Positions 1-8,829 of a DNA stretch of 64,000 nucleotides are shown in pieces. The stretch's first letter is position 1. Each line of letters starts with the position of its first letter. Below the pieces are notes generated by a model. It worked only from the letters and a program-made list of their open reading frames with translations. It searched no databases and was not told the origin of the DNA. The DNA is taken from the NCBI GenBank assembly GCA_012728595.1, contig JAAYEU010000034.1, positions 3,328-67,327 of the forward strand. Direction: 5' to 3'. The translations under genes were made by a program, and so were the position numbers. The stretch comes from Tissierellia bacterium. GTDB lineage: Bacteria > Bacillota > Clostridia > Tissierellales > Tepidimicrobiaceae.

Positions 1-148
1 CCTTGGGATTCTTATCAAAAAACCTTTTGACAGACTATATGTTATCGCAACTGTAATTCTAGCCATAATGGCCATATTTAGGCATAGAGATAATATTAGA
101 AGGTTGATGCAAGGTCAGGAATTTAAGATTGGTGAAAGAGTAGAATAA
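1..148 (+). CDS. plsY: Glycerol-3-phosphate acyltransferase PlsY, C-terminal fragment (5' end outside window)
   Basis: Frame 2 reads ...VIATVILAIMAIFRHRDNIRRLMQGQEFKIGERVE* (stop 146-148). Hydrophobic TM end plus RHxxNIxRL tail typical of PlsY. plsY-gpsA adjacency is conserved. Confidence 0.7.
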   Translation, partial: LGILIKKPFDRLYVIATVILAIMAIFRHRDNIRRLMQGQEFKIGERVE

Positions 149-191
149 AACAATAGACAACAGGGATGAAAGTAAGTAGGAGGAGCTTAAG

Positions 192-1217
192 ATGAAAAAT
201 ATTGGAGTATTAGGGGGAGGTAGCTGGGGGACTGCTCTTGCTATTCTCCTTTCAAATAATAATCATAGAGTAGATATATGGGTTAGGGATAAGAAGCAGA
301 AGGAGGAAATGGAAAATACTAGAGAAAACAAAAGATATTTGCCTGGGATTACTATCCCTGAGAACATCAACATAACTGATGACATATCTGAAGCTATTCA
401 TAATAAGGAATTACTAGTCCTTTCTATACCCTCCCATGGAATAAGAAACATCCTTAATGATAGTAAAAGGTATTTTGGTAGTGGACAAATTATAGTAAAT
501 GTAGCCAAGGGAATCGAAAATGATACTCTTTTAAGAATTTCACAAATAGTTTCTGACATTCTTCCCGGTAACCCATATGCGGTTTTGTCTGGCCCATCCC
601 ATGCAGAAGAGGTTGCAAGGAAGATTCCAACAACGGTAGTATCTGCTTCTGAAAAGAGGCAGGTAGCCGAATATGTTCAAGATATTTTCATGTCTCCTTT
701 TTTTAGGGTCTATACCAGTCCTGATGTAATAGGGGTGGAATTAGGTGGTTCATTAAAAAATGTAATTGCCCTAGGAGCAGGAATCTCAGATGGCCTTGGT
801 TATGGGGATAATACTAAGGCTGCCCTTATGACAAGGGGTATAATAGAGATAGCAAGACTTGGAGAAAAGATGGGGGCCAATAGTGCTACTTTTTCGGGTT
901 TAGCAGGCATAGGTGATTTGATAGTTACCTGCACTAGTATGCATAGTAGGAACAGAAGAGCAGGTATATTAATTGGCCAAGGAAAGAGTCTTGTAGAGGC
1001 TATCAAATCTGTGGGAATGGTAGTGGAAGGTATTAAAACTGCTAAATCTGCTTATGAATTGGCTAGTAAGCACCAGGTTGTTATGCCAATTACTAAAGAA
1101 ATATATGAAGTCCTTTATGAGGGGAAGGATGTAAAAAACTCAGTTATTAATCTAATGTTAAGGGATAAGAAACATGAAATGGAAGATGTAATTAAAAATC
1201 AAATAAAAGACTGGTAA
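192..1217 (+). CDS. gpsA: NAD(P)H-dependent glycerol-3-phosphate dehydrogenase
   Basis: 341 aa. N-terminal Rossmann motif GVLGGGSWGTALA. Full-length GpsA-like sequence. AGGAGG RBS upstream. Confidence 0.93.
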   Translation: MKNIGVLGGGSWGTALAILLSNNNHRVDIWVRDKKQKEEMENTRENKRYLPGITIPENINITDDISEAIHNKELLVLSIPSHGIRNILNDSKRYFGSGQIIVNVAKGIENDTLLRISQIVSDILPGNPYAVLSGPSHAEEVARKIPTTVVSASEKRQVAEYVQDIFMSPFFRVYTSPDVIGVELGGSLKNVIALGAGISDGLGYGDNTKAALMTRGIIEIARLGEKMGANSATFSGLAGIGDLIVTCTSMHSRNRRAGILIGQGKSLVEAIKSVGMVVEGIKTAKSAYELASKHQVVMPITKEIYEVLYEGKDVKNSVINLMLRDKKHEMEDVIKNQIKDW

Positions 1218-1248
1218 AAACCTACTATATCAATAGTAGGTTTTTTTT
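1216..1248 (+). terminator. Rho-independent terminator after gpsA
   Basis: Stem cctactat(1221-1228)/atagtagg(1233-1240), 4-nt loop, followed by T8. Confidence 0.8.
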
Positions 1249-1256
1249 AAACCCAA

Positions 1257-1284
1257 TCATATTATTGAGACTAGCACATATATA
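1257..1284 (+). promoter_or_regulatory. Candidate sigma-E-type (mother-cell) promoter of spoIVA
   Basis: TCATATT (1257-1263), 13-nt spacer, CATATATA (1277-1284). Resembles the sigma-E consensus (xCATATT ... CATACAxT). spoIVA is sigma-E dependent in B. subtilis. Confidence 0.35.
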
Positions 1285-1336
1285 TATAATGTTAAGTTTT
1301 ATCCTTTTAGAACAATATTGAAAAGGAGGGGGAAAA

Positions 1337-2815
1337 GTGGAGAGGTTTGACATATACAAGGATATAGCTGAAAGGACGGAAGGGGACATATATGCAGGTA
1401 TAGTAGGCCCAGTAAGAACTGGCAAATCTACCTTTATAAAAAGGTTTATGGAGCTGTTGGTAATACCTAATATAGAAAACAAATATAAAAGAGAAAGGGC
1501 AAAGGATGAACTTCCTTTAAGTGGTGCTGGTAAAACCATAATGACTACTGAGCCTAAGTTCGTTCCAAATGAAGCTGTAGAACTTATTTTAAAAGATAAC
1601 ATAACTTTCAAGGTAAGAATGGTAGACTGTGTTGGCTATCTAGTAAAGGGGGCTTTAGGGCATATAGAAGACGATATTCCTAGGATGGTATCAACTCCTT
1701 GGCACGAGAAGGATATACCATTCGAAGAAGCAGCGGAAATAGGGACCAGAAAGGTCATTACCGATCATTCGACTATAGGTATCGTAGTAACAACTGATGG
1801 TTCCATTACAGATATTGATAGGTCCAATTATATCAAGGCAGAGGAAAGGGTAATATTTGAATTAAAGGAATTGGAAAAGCCATTTATCATTGTACTTAAT
1901 ACAAAACATCCAAATCTAGACAGTACTTTAGCCTTAAGGGAAAGCTTAGAAGAAAAATATGGGGTTTCAGTAGTAACCGTTGATTGTTTAAATATGGAGA
2001 TTGCAGACGTAGAAAAGATATTTGAAAAACTACTGTTTGAATTCCCAATTAAGGAGATTACCATTAAGTTCCCAGGTTGGATAGAAGGATTACCCAGGGA
2101 CCATTGGATAAAATCCAGCATATTGAATTCGTTGAAGGAGTCTATTCAAACACTACAAAAGTTGAATGAAGTAGAACCATCTTTAAAGACCTTAAGGGAA
2201 CTAGATATAGTAAAAGATGTAAATATTAAAGAGATAAAATTAGGTGAGGGTGTTATAAATGCAGAGTTAGTCGTAGATGACAGTTTATTCTTTGAGGTAT
2301 TAAAAGAGATGACAGGTTATACCATAGAGGGAGAATATCAGATTCTAGGATTAATAAACCGACTTGCTCAAACCAAAAAGGAATACGATAAAATAGAAAG
2401 TGCATTAGCCCAAGCAAAGGAGATTGGTTATGGATTAGTAAGTCCTAGTTTAGAGGAAATGGAGTTAGCAGAACCAGAAATATATAGGCAAGGCAACAGG
2501 TTCGGTGTAAAACTGAAGGCACGTGCCCCTTCCCTCCATATTTTAAGATGCGACATAACCACAGAGGTATCACCCTTAATAGGTACAGAAAAACAAAGTG
2601 AAGAATTGGTTAAATATTTCCTAGATGAATTTGAAGAGGATCCATCTAAGATTTGGCAATCTAATCTGTTTGGAAAATCCTTATACGACTTAGTAAATGA
2701 ACAATTGCAGGGCAAATTAAACACCATGCCTGAAGATGCTAGAAATAAGATGAGGAGAGCCTTAGAAAGAATAATAAATGATGGCAGTGGTGGACTAATT
2801 TGCATTATCATTTGA
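1337..2815 (+). CDS. spoIVA: Stage IV sporulation protein A (spore coat morphogenetic ATPase)
   Basis: 492 aa. Starts MERFDIYKDIAERTEGDIYAGIVGPVRTGKSTFIKRFM with Walker A GPVRTGKST. GTG start 7 nt after AGGAGG. Confidence 0.95.
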   Translation: MERFDIYKDIAERTEGDIYAGIVGPVRTGKSTFIKRFMELLVIPNIENKYKRERAKDELPLSGAGKTIMTTEPKFVPNEAVELILKDNITFKVRMVDCVGYLVKGALGHIEDDIPRMVSTPWHEKDIPFEEAAEIGTRKVITDHSTIGIVVTTDGSITDIDRSNYIKAEERVIFELKELEKPFIIVLNTKHPNLDSTLALRESLEEKYGVSVVTVDCLNMEIADVEKIFEKLLFEFPIKEITIKFPGWIEGLPRDHWIKSSILNSLKESIQTLQKLNEVEPSLKTLRELDIVKDVNIKEIKLGEGVINAELVVDDSLFFEVLKEMTGYTIEGEYQILGLINRLAQTKKEYDKIESALAQAKEIGYGLVSPSLEEMELAEPEIYRQGNRFGVKLKARAPSLHILRCDITTEVSPLIGTEKQSEELVKYFLDEFEEDPSKIWQSNLFGKSLYDLVNEQLQGKLNTMPEDARNKMRRALERIINDGSGGLICIII

Positions 2816-2817
2816 TT

Positions 2818-2847
2818 AAGGACCTAATATTAAGGTCCTTTTATTTT
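2818..2847 (+). terminator. Rho-independent terminator after spoIVA
   Basis: Stem aaggacc(2818-2824)/ggtcctt(2834-2840), then ttattttgg. Confidence 0.65.
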
Positions 2848-2931
2848 GGCTTTGGGTCTTATCAAATTGTACTTCATAAAATAGATATAAAACAATATCC
2901 ATTTTTAGCTGAGATTATCTCAAATATTGTC

Positions 2932-2960
2932 TTGATAAAACTTTTAATTTTTGATATAAT
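2932..2960 (+). promoter_or_regulatory. Sigma-A-type promoter for tRNA-Pro
   Basis: TTGATA (2932-2937), 17-nt spacer, TATAAT (2955-2960) with upstream TGa (extended -10). About 30 nt upstream of the tRNA 5' end. Confidence 0.6.
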
Positions 2961-2990
2961 ACTTGAGGAAAATAAAATAATAGAAATTAT

Positions 2991-3067
2991 CGGGATGTGG
3001 CGCAGTCAGGTAGCGCACTAGTCTGGGGGACTAGGAGTCGCTGGTTCGAATCCAGTCATCCCGACCA
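2991..3067 (+). tRNA. tRNA-Pro (anticodon GGG), CCA encoded
   Basis: Cloverleaf folds by hand. Acceptor cgggatg/catcccg, D stem gcgc/gcgc, anticodon stem ctagt/actag with loop c-t-GGG-g-g, T arm gctgg-ttcgaat-ccagt, discriminator A plus CCA. Confidence 0.92.
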
Positions 3068-3075
3068 AACTATTA

Positions 3076-3115
3076 AAGAAGGCTAATTATTTGCTAATTA
3101 GCCTTCTTATTTTTG
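3076..3115 (+). terminator. Rho-independent terminator after tRNA-Pro
   Basis: Perfect 14-bp stem aagaaggctaatta(3076-3089)/taattagccttctt(3095-3108), loop tttgc, then atttttg. Confidence 0.85.
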
Positions 3116-3246
3116 TCAGTTTTTAAGCCTGAAACACACCATATCTATACCTGTTGAGGAGGCAATAATTTTATAAAGTAGGTTTAATCAAGTAAATAGA
3201 TATGGTATACTTATATTATAATATTAAATATGGAGGTTTCTAAAAT

Positions 3247-3624
3247 TTGTTAACATATATTAAGAGCATATTAATTTTTCTATTTGTCCTAAATATAATA
3301 GGATATATATTAATCGTGTTAAGAGAAAAGATGTATTTAAAAAATAATATAATCTTCATAGATAACAAACATGTGACAAGTCAGCATTTGGAGAAGGCAG
3401 ATATGAAGGAATTTGAATTAGACGGGACTAGGGTAAAAGCAGGTGATGAGATAAAGGTAATAACCAAAACTAAAGATAAATTTGCAGGCATATTGATAGG
3501 TGCAATTAGGAAAGAAAGGGCTATTCTAATGGTTACCCATAAAAATGAAATAAAACAGTTAAAAATTGATAATATTATAGAATTTAAAATTATAAGTAAG
3601 TATGGTCAATTTTTTAATTTTTGA
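3247..3624 (+). CDS. Hypothetical small membrane-anchored protein (one N-terminal TM helix plus about 80-aa soluble domain)
   Basis: 125-aa ORF. TTG start 9 nt after GGAGG (3233-3237). N-terminal hydrophobic stretch ILIFLFVLNIIGYILIVL. No family recognised. Confidence 0.5.
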   Translation: MLTYIKSILIFLFVLNIIGYILIVLREKMYLKNNIIFIDNKHVTSQHLEKADMKEFELDGTRVKAGDEIKVITKTKDKFAGILIGAIRKERAILMVTHKNEIKQLKIDNIIEFKIISKYGQFFNF

Positions 3625-3664
3625 TTAAGACTTAATTCTATTAAGAACTTGCAAGGGTGATATA

Positions 3665-4957
3665 ATGTCCCAAGAAGAGAGAAGGTTGAAAAGAAAAAAG
3701 AAACAGAGGAGAAAATGGTTTGTTGTAAGTATTATAATAGCTTTTCTCTTGTTTAGGAGTGTTCCTTCATTATTTGCATCTACTTTTAAAACCACATTAC
3801 CAGAACGTTGCGAGATAGAGGAAAAAATAGCTACTGAAGCTATAATATTGAGAAGAGAATCCCTATACAAGGCAGAAGGTGAGGGTATAGTAGAAATCTA
3901 TGTAGAACATGGAGAACGAGTAGCAGCGGGTACTAAAATAGCTAAGATAACTTTCCTGGAGGACACTTCAACTTTAGACCAACAGCTGAAAGAAGTAGAA
4001 GATAGAATCCAAGTGTTAGCTCAAACGGAGATAGATGTAAATAGGTTAAAGGAGGATGAAAATCAATTAGAAATGGATATAGACTCCATCATAGTTGAGA
4101 TACAGAACTCTATTGCAACAGGGGACTATGACAAAACTGAAACCTTAAAGGACAAGCTATCTATCTTCCATGATAAAAAACGGCATATTGGAAGGGACAA
4201 TACTCTAATAAATCAGAGTTTGGAGAATTTAAAGACAAGAAGAGAAGAAATCAAATCCCAGATAGCCAATAATAGCTTAGACTATTTTTCAAATGAAGCG
4301 GGGATAGTTTCATTTAAGATAGATGGGTATGAGGAAATATATTCTGTAGGCAATAAAGAAGAATATGCTTACTCCGACTTCAAAAATCTAGCCAGTAAGG
4401 AAAGGATAGTGTCAAATAAGGATAGAATTCAAATAAATGAGCCTATTTTTAAAATTGTTGACAACTTTGAATGGTATATGATAATTAAGATAGATGATGT
4501 TAAGGACATTACTAATTATGAAGAAGGAGATAGTATTTTACTTACTGGTGAAGATATAATAGGGGAGTTAAGGGGAAGTATTGAGAAGATAAATATAAAT
4601 GGTACTAAGGGCCTAATCCTTGCAAAGTTTAACAGGGAATTTGAGCCTTATTTAGAAAAAAGGTATTTGCCTGTAGATATAATAAAGTTTAAGCACGATG
4701 GCTATAAAATTCCCAAAAAAGCACTGGTAATAAATGATGGGATAAAAGGGGTTTATGTCAAGGATATTAGCGGGATAGTTAAATTTGTTCCTGTTGAGAT
4801 AATAAGGGAAGATGAGGAATTTGCCTATATAAGTCAGGGGGATAAAAATAGCAATATAGATGTAAAGGGGAAGAAGGAAAAGCTTAAAACTGTAAAACCA
4901 TTTGATGAAATATTGTTAAATACTTCTAATATAAAAGAAGGAATGATTATAGATTAA
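3665..4957 (+). CDS. Membrane-fusion (HlyD-like) family protein, orphan: N-terminal TM, split lipoyl-like motif, long coiled coil, beta-barrel C-terminus
   Basis: 430 aa. Basic N-terminus plus TM (WFVVSIIIAFLLF). GEGIVEIYVEHGERVAAGTKIAKI resembles the barrel-sandwich half-motif. A coiled coil of about 150 aa follows, then AGIVSFKIDGYE as the second half-motif. Assignment is by pattern only. Confidence 0.5.
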   Translation: MSQEERRLKRKKKQRRKWFVVSIIIAFLLFRSVPSLFASTFKTTLPERCEIEEKIATEAIILRRESLYKAEGEGIVEIYVEHGERVAAGTKIAKITFLEDTSTLDQQLKEVEDRIQVLAQTEIDVNRLKEDENQLEMDIDSIIVEIQNSIATGDYDKTETLKDKLSIFHDKKRHIGRDNTLINQSLENLKTRREEIKSQIANNSLDYFSNEAGIVSFKIDGYEEIYSVGNKEEYAYSDFKNLASKERIVSNKDRIQINEPIFKIVDNFEWYMIIKIDDVKDITNYEEGDSILLTGEDIIGELRGSIEKININGTKGLILAKFNREFEPYLEKRYLPVDIIKFKHDGYKIPKKALVINDGIKGVYVKDISGIVKFVPVEIIREDEEFAYISQGDKNSNIDVKGKKEKLKTVKPFDEILLNTSNIKEGMIID

Positions 4958-5662
4958 ATGGAGGAGGTAATGAAAATTAGTATTAGAGATAATTTACTAG
5001 ATATAGAAGAAAAAATTAATAAAGCCTTGATTAGGGCAGGTAGAGAAGGGGAAAAGGTACATTTAATCGCTGTGACTAAAACCGTCGATGTAGATAGAAT
5101 TAATGAAGCCATAAGGTTAGGAATTACCGATATTGGGGAAAATAGGGTTCAAGAATTAGTAAAAAAGTACGATATTATAAATGACAAGGTTAAATACCAC
5201 ATGATTGGGCATTTACAAACTAATAAGGTAAAATATTTAATAGACAAGGTTTCTTTAATCCATTCCTTAGATCGTATGTCCTTGGCAAAAGAATTAAACA
5301 AAAGGGCTCAGAAACATGGTATAATAATAGATACCTTAGTACAAGTTAATGTAGCAGATGAGGAAAGTAAATTTGGATTAAGGGTAGAGGAAGTAATCCC
5401 CTTTATAGAAGATGTACAGGATTATGAGCATATTAGGATAAAAGGCCTAATGACAATAGCTCCTTTTGTAGAGGACAAAGAGGAAGTAAGATGGGTATTT
5501 AGAAGACTACGCCAATTAAGTGAAGAAATAAAAGGCAGAGGATATGAAAATGTAGACATGGAATTTCTATCAATGGGGATGACCAACGATTTTGAAGTAG
5601 CAATTGAAGAAGGATCTAACATGATACGGATTGGGACAGCGATATTTGGTGAAAGAAAATGA
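4958..5662 (+). CDS. yggS: YggS/YlmE family pyridoxal-phosphate homeostasis protein
   Basis: 234 aa. HLIAVTKT (PLP lysine) and C-terminal SMGMTNDFEVAIEEGSNMIRIGTAIFG are typical of the family. The ATG abuts the upstream stop. An alternative ATG lies at 4970. Confidence 0.9.
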   Translation: MEEVMKISIRDNLLDIEEKINKALIRAGREGEKVHLIAVTKTVDVDRINEAIRLGITDIGENRVQELVKKYDIINDKVKYHMIGHLQTNKVKYLIDKVSLIHSLDRMSLAKELNKRAQKHGIIIDTLVQVNVADEESKFGLRVEEVIPFIEDVQDYEHIRIKGLMTIAPFVEDKEEVRWVFRRLRQLSEEIKGRGYENVDMEFLSMGMTNDFEVAIEEGSNMIRIGTAIFGERK

Positions 5663-5678
5663 ATAGGGGAGGTATTTT

Positions 5679-6119
5679 ATGTCTAGTATAATGGATAAGC
5701 TTAAATATTTCATCGGCATAGACGACCTGGAAGAAGACGAATATGAATACGATGACTATGAGGAAGAAGAATTAACGGAATTACCCATAAACACCAATAC
5801 CAAGAGGATAGGAAATAAAGTACTTAATATCCATACATCTGGAAATATGAAACTGGTTGTTCATGAACCATTAACTTATGAAGATGCACCAAAAATTGTT
5901 GACGATTTGAAAATGAGAAAAACGGTAGTAGTCAATTTAGAACAGTTGGAACCTAATATAAAAAGACAGATATTCGATTTTATTAACGGAGGACTTTATT
6001 CCCTAGAAGGAAGCATACAAAAGGTGACTACAGATATATTTGTACTAGCGCCTAGTAATGTAGAAATCGATGGCAATATAAAGAATGAGTTAAAGAACAA
6101 GGGACTTTTTCAATGGTAA
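5679..6119 (+). CDS. sepF: Cell division protein SepF
   Basis: 146 aa. Acidic linker, then conserved C-terminal domain VVVNLEQLEPNIKRQIFDFINGGLYSLEGSIQKV. Synteny yggS-sepF-yggT. Confidence 0.9.
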   Translation: MSSIMDKLKYFIGIDDLEEDEYEYDDYEEEELTELPINTNTKRIGNKVLNIHTSGNMKLVVHEPLTYEDAPKIVDDLKMRKTVVVNLEQLEPNIKRQIFDFINGGLYSLEGSIQKVTTDIFVLAPSNVEIDGNIKNELKNKGLFQW

Positions 6120-6142
6120 AATACTAGTTAAGAGGTAGTGAG

Positions 6143-6412
6143 ATGTATACTTTTTATGAGGCACTTAGATATTTATTCAATATTATTGAGTTATTGATAT
6201 TTGTTAGAATTTTATTATCCTTCTTAAGGATTGGCCCCTATAATAATCCCATTGGAAGAATAGTTTACGAATTAACAGAGCCTATATTAGGGCCAGCCAG
6301 AGAGTTAATCTATAGGTTAGGTATTAATACGGGAATTTTTGATTTTTCTCCTATAGTAGCAATACTAATTTTAAGAATCATATTGATGTTGGTCAGGAAC
6401 ATAGTATTCTAA
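6143..6412 (+). CDS. ylmG: YggT/YlmG family membrane protein
   Basis: 89 aa, two TM segments. Position between sepF and ylmH. Confidence 0.85.
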   Translation: MYTFYEALRYLFNIIELLIFVRILLSFLRIGPYNNPIGRIVYELTEPILGPARELIYRLGINTGIFDFSPIVAILILRIILMLVRNIVF

Positions 6413-6424
6413 ATATAATATACG

Positions 6425-7219
6425 GTGGTAGAATTGCGATTAGACAGAGACTCATTATTAAATCACATAAGAGACGAAGAACAAATATTAAGCATGCGAA
6501 AGTTGTTAGACAAGCTGGAAATAGTTTTAAATAAACACATTGTTGAATCCACCGACTTTTTCGACCCCTATCAGAGGAGACTTGCTAAATCAATACTCAA
6601 TAGATTTGTGCAGATTTCCTATAGGGAATTAGGTGGTATAGATGAGGCAGAGCGAAAGGTAATTCAGATCTACCCTGAATACCTACAAGAAGACACCATT
6701 GAGCTGCCCATCAACTCCTTAGAAATTAAAGGTAGTATTTCAACATTATCCCATAGAGATTTTCTAGGTGGGATATTGAATTTAGGAATAAATAGAGAAA
6801 AAGTAGGGGATATACTAATACATGAAGATTCCGCTCAAGTAGTTGTAAAAAAAGAGGTATTTGGATATATACTAACCAATTTAACTAAAATTGGTAGACA
6901 AAAGGTTAGTGTTAGGGAAATAGCTATGGATAAGCTAAAGCTTGGTTTGCTAGAGTATGAGGATATATCTACTACTGTGTCCTCTCTAAGACTGGATGCA
7001 CTAATCAGTAGTACTTGGAATTTATCCAGAAAGGCAAGTCAAGGCTTGATAGAATCTAAAAGGGTTAAAGTTAATTGGGAACCAATTATGAGAGTATCTA
7101 AGGAGATCGCTGAGGGGGATATTGTTTCTGTAAAAGGCTATGGAAGATTTATTTTAAATTCTGTAAAAGGAATTAGCAGAAGGGGTAGAATAAAGATAGG
7201 GCTTAGATTACTAAAATAA
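6425..7219 (+). CDS. ylmH: S4-domain RNA-binding protein YlmH
   Basis: 264 aa. C-terminal S4 motif RLDALISSTWNLSRKASQGLIESKRVKVNWEPI. Conserved position before divIVA. Confidence 0.88.
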   Translation: MVELRLDRDSLLNHIRDEEQILSMRKLLDKLEIVLNKHIVESTDFFDPYQRRLAKSILNRFVQISYRELGGIDEAERKVIQIYPEYLQEDTIELPINSLEIKGSISTLSHRDFLGGILNLGINREKVGDILIHEDSAQVVVKKEVFGYILTNLTKIGRQKVSVREIAMDKLKLGLLEYEDISTTVSSLRLDALISSTWNLSRKASQGLIESKRVKVNWEPIMRVSKEIAEGDIVSVKGYGRFILNSVKGISRRGRIKIGLRLLK

Positions 7220-7233
7220 ATGGAGTGAGTCGT

Positions 7234-7812
7234 ATGATTACACCCTTAGATATTCAAAATAAGGAATTTAAAAGGACTTTTAGGGGCTATAAGGAATCGG
7301 AAGTAGACCAATTTTTGGATGAAATAATTGAAGATTATGAAAAGCTCTATAGAGAAAACATTGAGCTGAAGGATAAGATACTTGCTTTAGATGAACAGAT
7401 TAAAAGATATAATGACTTGGAAGAAACCTTAAAGGATACTCTTGTAGTTGCTCAAAGTACAGCCGATGAGGTAATAAGAGCTGCTAGGCAAAAATCTGAC
7501 TTGATTATTGAAGAAGCAGAATCCAAGGCTAAAAAGATAATAGATGTTGCCAATGAAGAGGTAAAGAAGCTTCAAAAAGAGTATGAAGAGATGAAAAAGG
7601 AGATGTTCATCTTTAGAACTCGATACAAATCCTTTATAGAAGCTCAGCTATTAACATTAGATGAATTCTATTCAAATATAGGAATGGAAGTTTCTAATTT
7701 AGAAGAAGAATCTGTAGAAGAATACATAGTAGAAGCTGAGGATGGTATGATGGATTCTAACACTTGTGAAGAAGAAAATTTAGATGAAGAGATTGATGAA
7801 TTGGGGGCCTAG
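7234..7812 (+). CDS. divIVA: Cell division/septum-site protein DivIVA
   Basis: MITPLDIQNKEFKRTFRGYKESEVDQFLDEI is the canonical DivIVA N-terminus, followed by a coiled coil. ATG 7234 lies 5 nt after GGAGTGA. The ORF track begins at GTG 7225. Confidence 0.9.
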   Translation: MITPLDIQNKEFKRTFRGYKESEVDQFLDEIIEDYEKLYRENIELKDKILALDEQIKRYNDLEETLKDTLVVAQSTADEVIRAARQKSDLIIEEAESKAKKIIDVANEEVKKLQKEYEEMKKEMFIFRTRYKSFIEAQLLTLDEFYSNIGMEVSNLEEESVEEYIVEAEDGMMDSNTCEEENLDEEIDELGA

Positions 7813-7819
7813 CCCCCAA
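7801..7819 (+). terminator. GC-rich hairpin overlapping the divIVA stop codon (weak terminator or attenuator)
   Basis: ttgggggc(7801-7808)-cta-gcccccaa(7812-7819). Only a weak T-tract follows (attctattt). Confidence 0.35.
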
Positions 7820-7858
7820 ATTCTATTTGGAACAAATTAGCATTATGGAGGAGTTAAT

Positions 7859-8641
7859 ATGACGGAAAAAATTAAGATAGATGATGAACTTTTTATCGGT
7901 GGCAGAGAATTCAATATAATTGCTGGACCTTGTGCTGTAGAAGATGAACAGCAGATGGATGCCATAGGAAAATTTTTAAATAGATTAGGTGTAAAAATAA
8001 TAAGGGGAGGGGCCTTCAAACCCAGGACAAGTCCAAAATCCTTCCAGGGTTTGGGGATGGAGGGTTTAAGGATTTTAAAAGATATAGGGGAAAAGTACGA
8101 TTTGAAAGTAATTTCAGAGGTAATGGACCCTAGGGATGTAGAAAAAGCCTATGACTATGTGGATATTTACCAAATTGGTTCGAGGAATATGCAAAACTTT
8201 ACCCTTTTGAAGGAGATGGGCAAAACTGATAAGCCAATCCTATTAAAGAGAGGAATGAGTTCCACCATAGATGAATGGATACAGGCTTCCGAATATATTA
8301 GCATGGAAGGAAATGATCAAATCATATTTTGTGAAAGGGGAATAAGAACTTTTGAGGATTATACTAGGAATACCCTAGATTTAATAAGTGTACCCATTAT
8401 ACAATCAAGGACTAAATATCCTATTATTGTAGATCCCAGCCATGGTACTGGCAGGAAGGACTTAATATTGCCAGCTTCTAAAGCTGCCTTAGCTATTGGG
8501 GCTAATGGGCTTATGATAGAGATACATCCAAAGCCAGAAGAAGCCTTATCAGATGGATTACAGTCTTTAAACTTTTCTGAATTTGAAGATTTATATGAAG
8601 AAATATCACGTATGGAGAAGGCTTTGAAAATGAATGGGTAA
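7859..8641 (+). CDS. aroF: 3-deoxy-7-phosphoheptulonate (DAHP) synthase, class I-beta, unfused core
   Basis: 260 aa. IAGPCAVEDEQQ...IRGGAFKPRTSPKSFQGLGMEGL is the DAHPS I-beta signature. Confidence 0.85.
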   Translation: MTEKIKIDDELFIGGREFNIIAGPCAVEDEQQMDAIGKFLNRLGVKIIRGGAFKPRTSPKSFQGLGMEGLRILKDIGEKYDLKVISEVMDPRDVEKAYDYVDIYQIGSRNMQNFTLLKEMGKTDKPILLKRGMSSTIDEWIQASEYISMEGNDQIIFCERGIRTFEDYTRNTLDLISVPIIQSRTKYPIIVDPSHGTGRKDLILPASKAALAIGANGLMIEIHPKPEEALSDGLQSLNFSEFEDLYEEISRMEKALKMNG

Positions 8642-8697
8642 ATTATGTCCCTCTACTTCATAGAATGTATAAAAGCATTAATGTGGAGGGATTTATA

Positions 8698-8829
8698 ATG
8701 GACGATTATCCATTTAAAAATGGGGATGATAAGCTACTGTTTTTCTTTCTCATACTTTCCTTAATATGGGATGCCAAGTATAGTAGGGATAGCCTCCTCT
8801 TCTTCTTTTTGATTTTGTTATTATTTTGA
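8698..8829 (+). CDS. Unannotated 43-aa hydrophobic small protein (below ORF-track cutoff)
   Basis: ATG 8698, about 7 nt after GGAGGG (8685-8690). Translation MDDYPFKNGDDKLLFFFLILSLIWDAKYSRDSLLFFFLILLLF*. Two copies of LLFFFLIL are encoded with different codons. Confidence 0.4.
   Translation: MDDYPFKNGDDKLLFFFLILSLIWDAKYSRDSLLFFFLILLLF

Noticed and set aside
2800-3021. 73-aa plus-strand ORF downstream of spoIVA
   Set aside because: It runs through the spoIVA terminator, the tRNA promoter and into the tRNA-Pro gene itself, so it is not a plausible CDS.
2991-3115. tRNA-Pro as an integration site for a genomic island
   Set aside because: No integrase gene and no direct repeat of the tRNA 3' end are visible downstream. 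The flanking genes are conserved core genes.
8698-8829. Phe-rich small ORF as a pheL-type attenuation leader peptide for aromatic amino acid genes
   Set aside because: It lies downstream of aroF, not upstream. The next gene (ylyA) is unrelated to Phe metabolism. I see no alternative terminator/antiterminator pair. Leader-peptide attenuation is also uncommon in Firmicutes.
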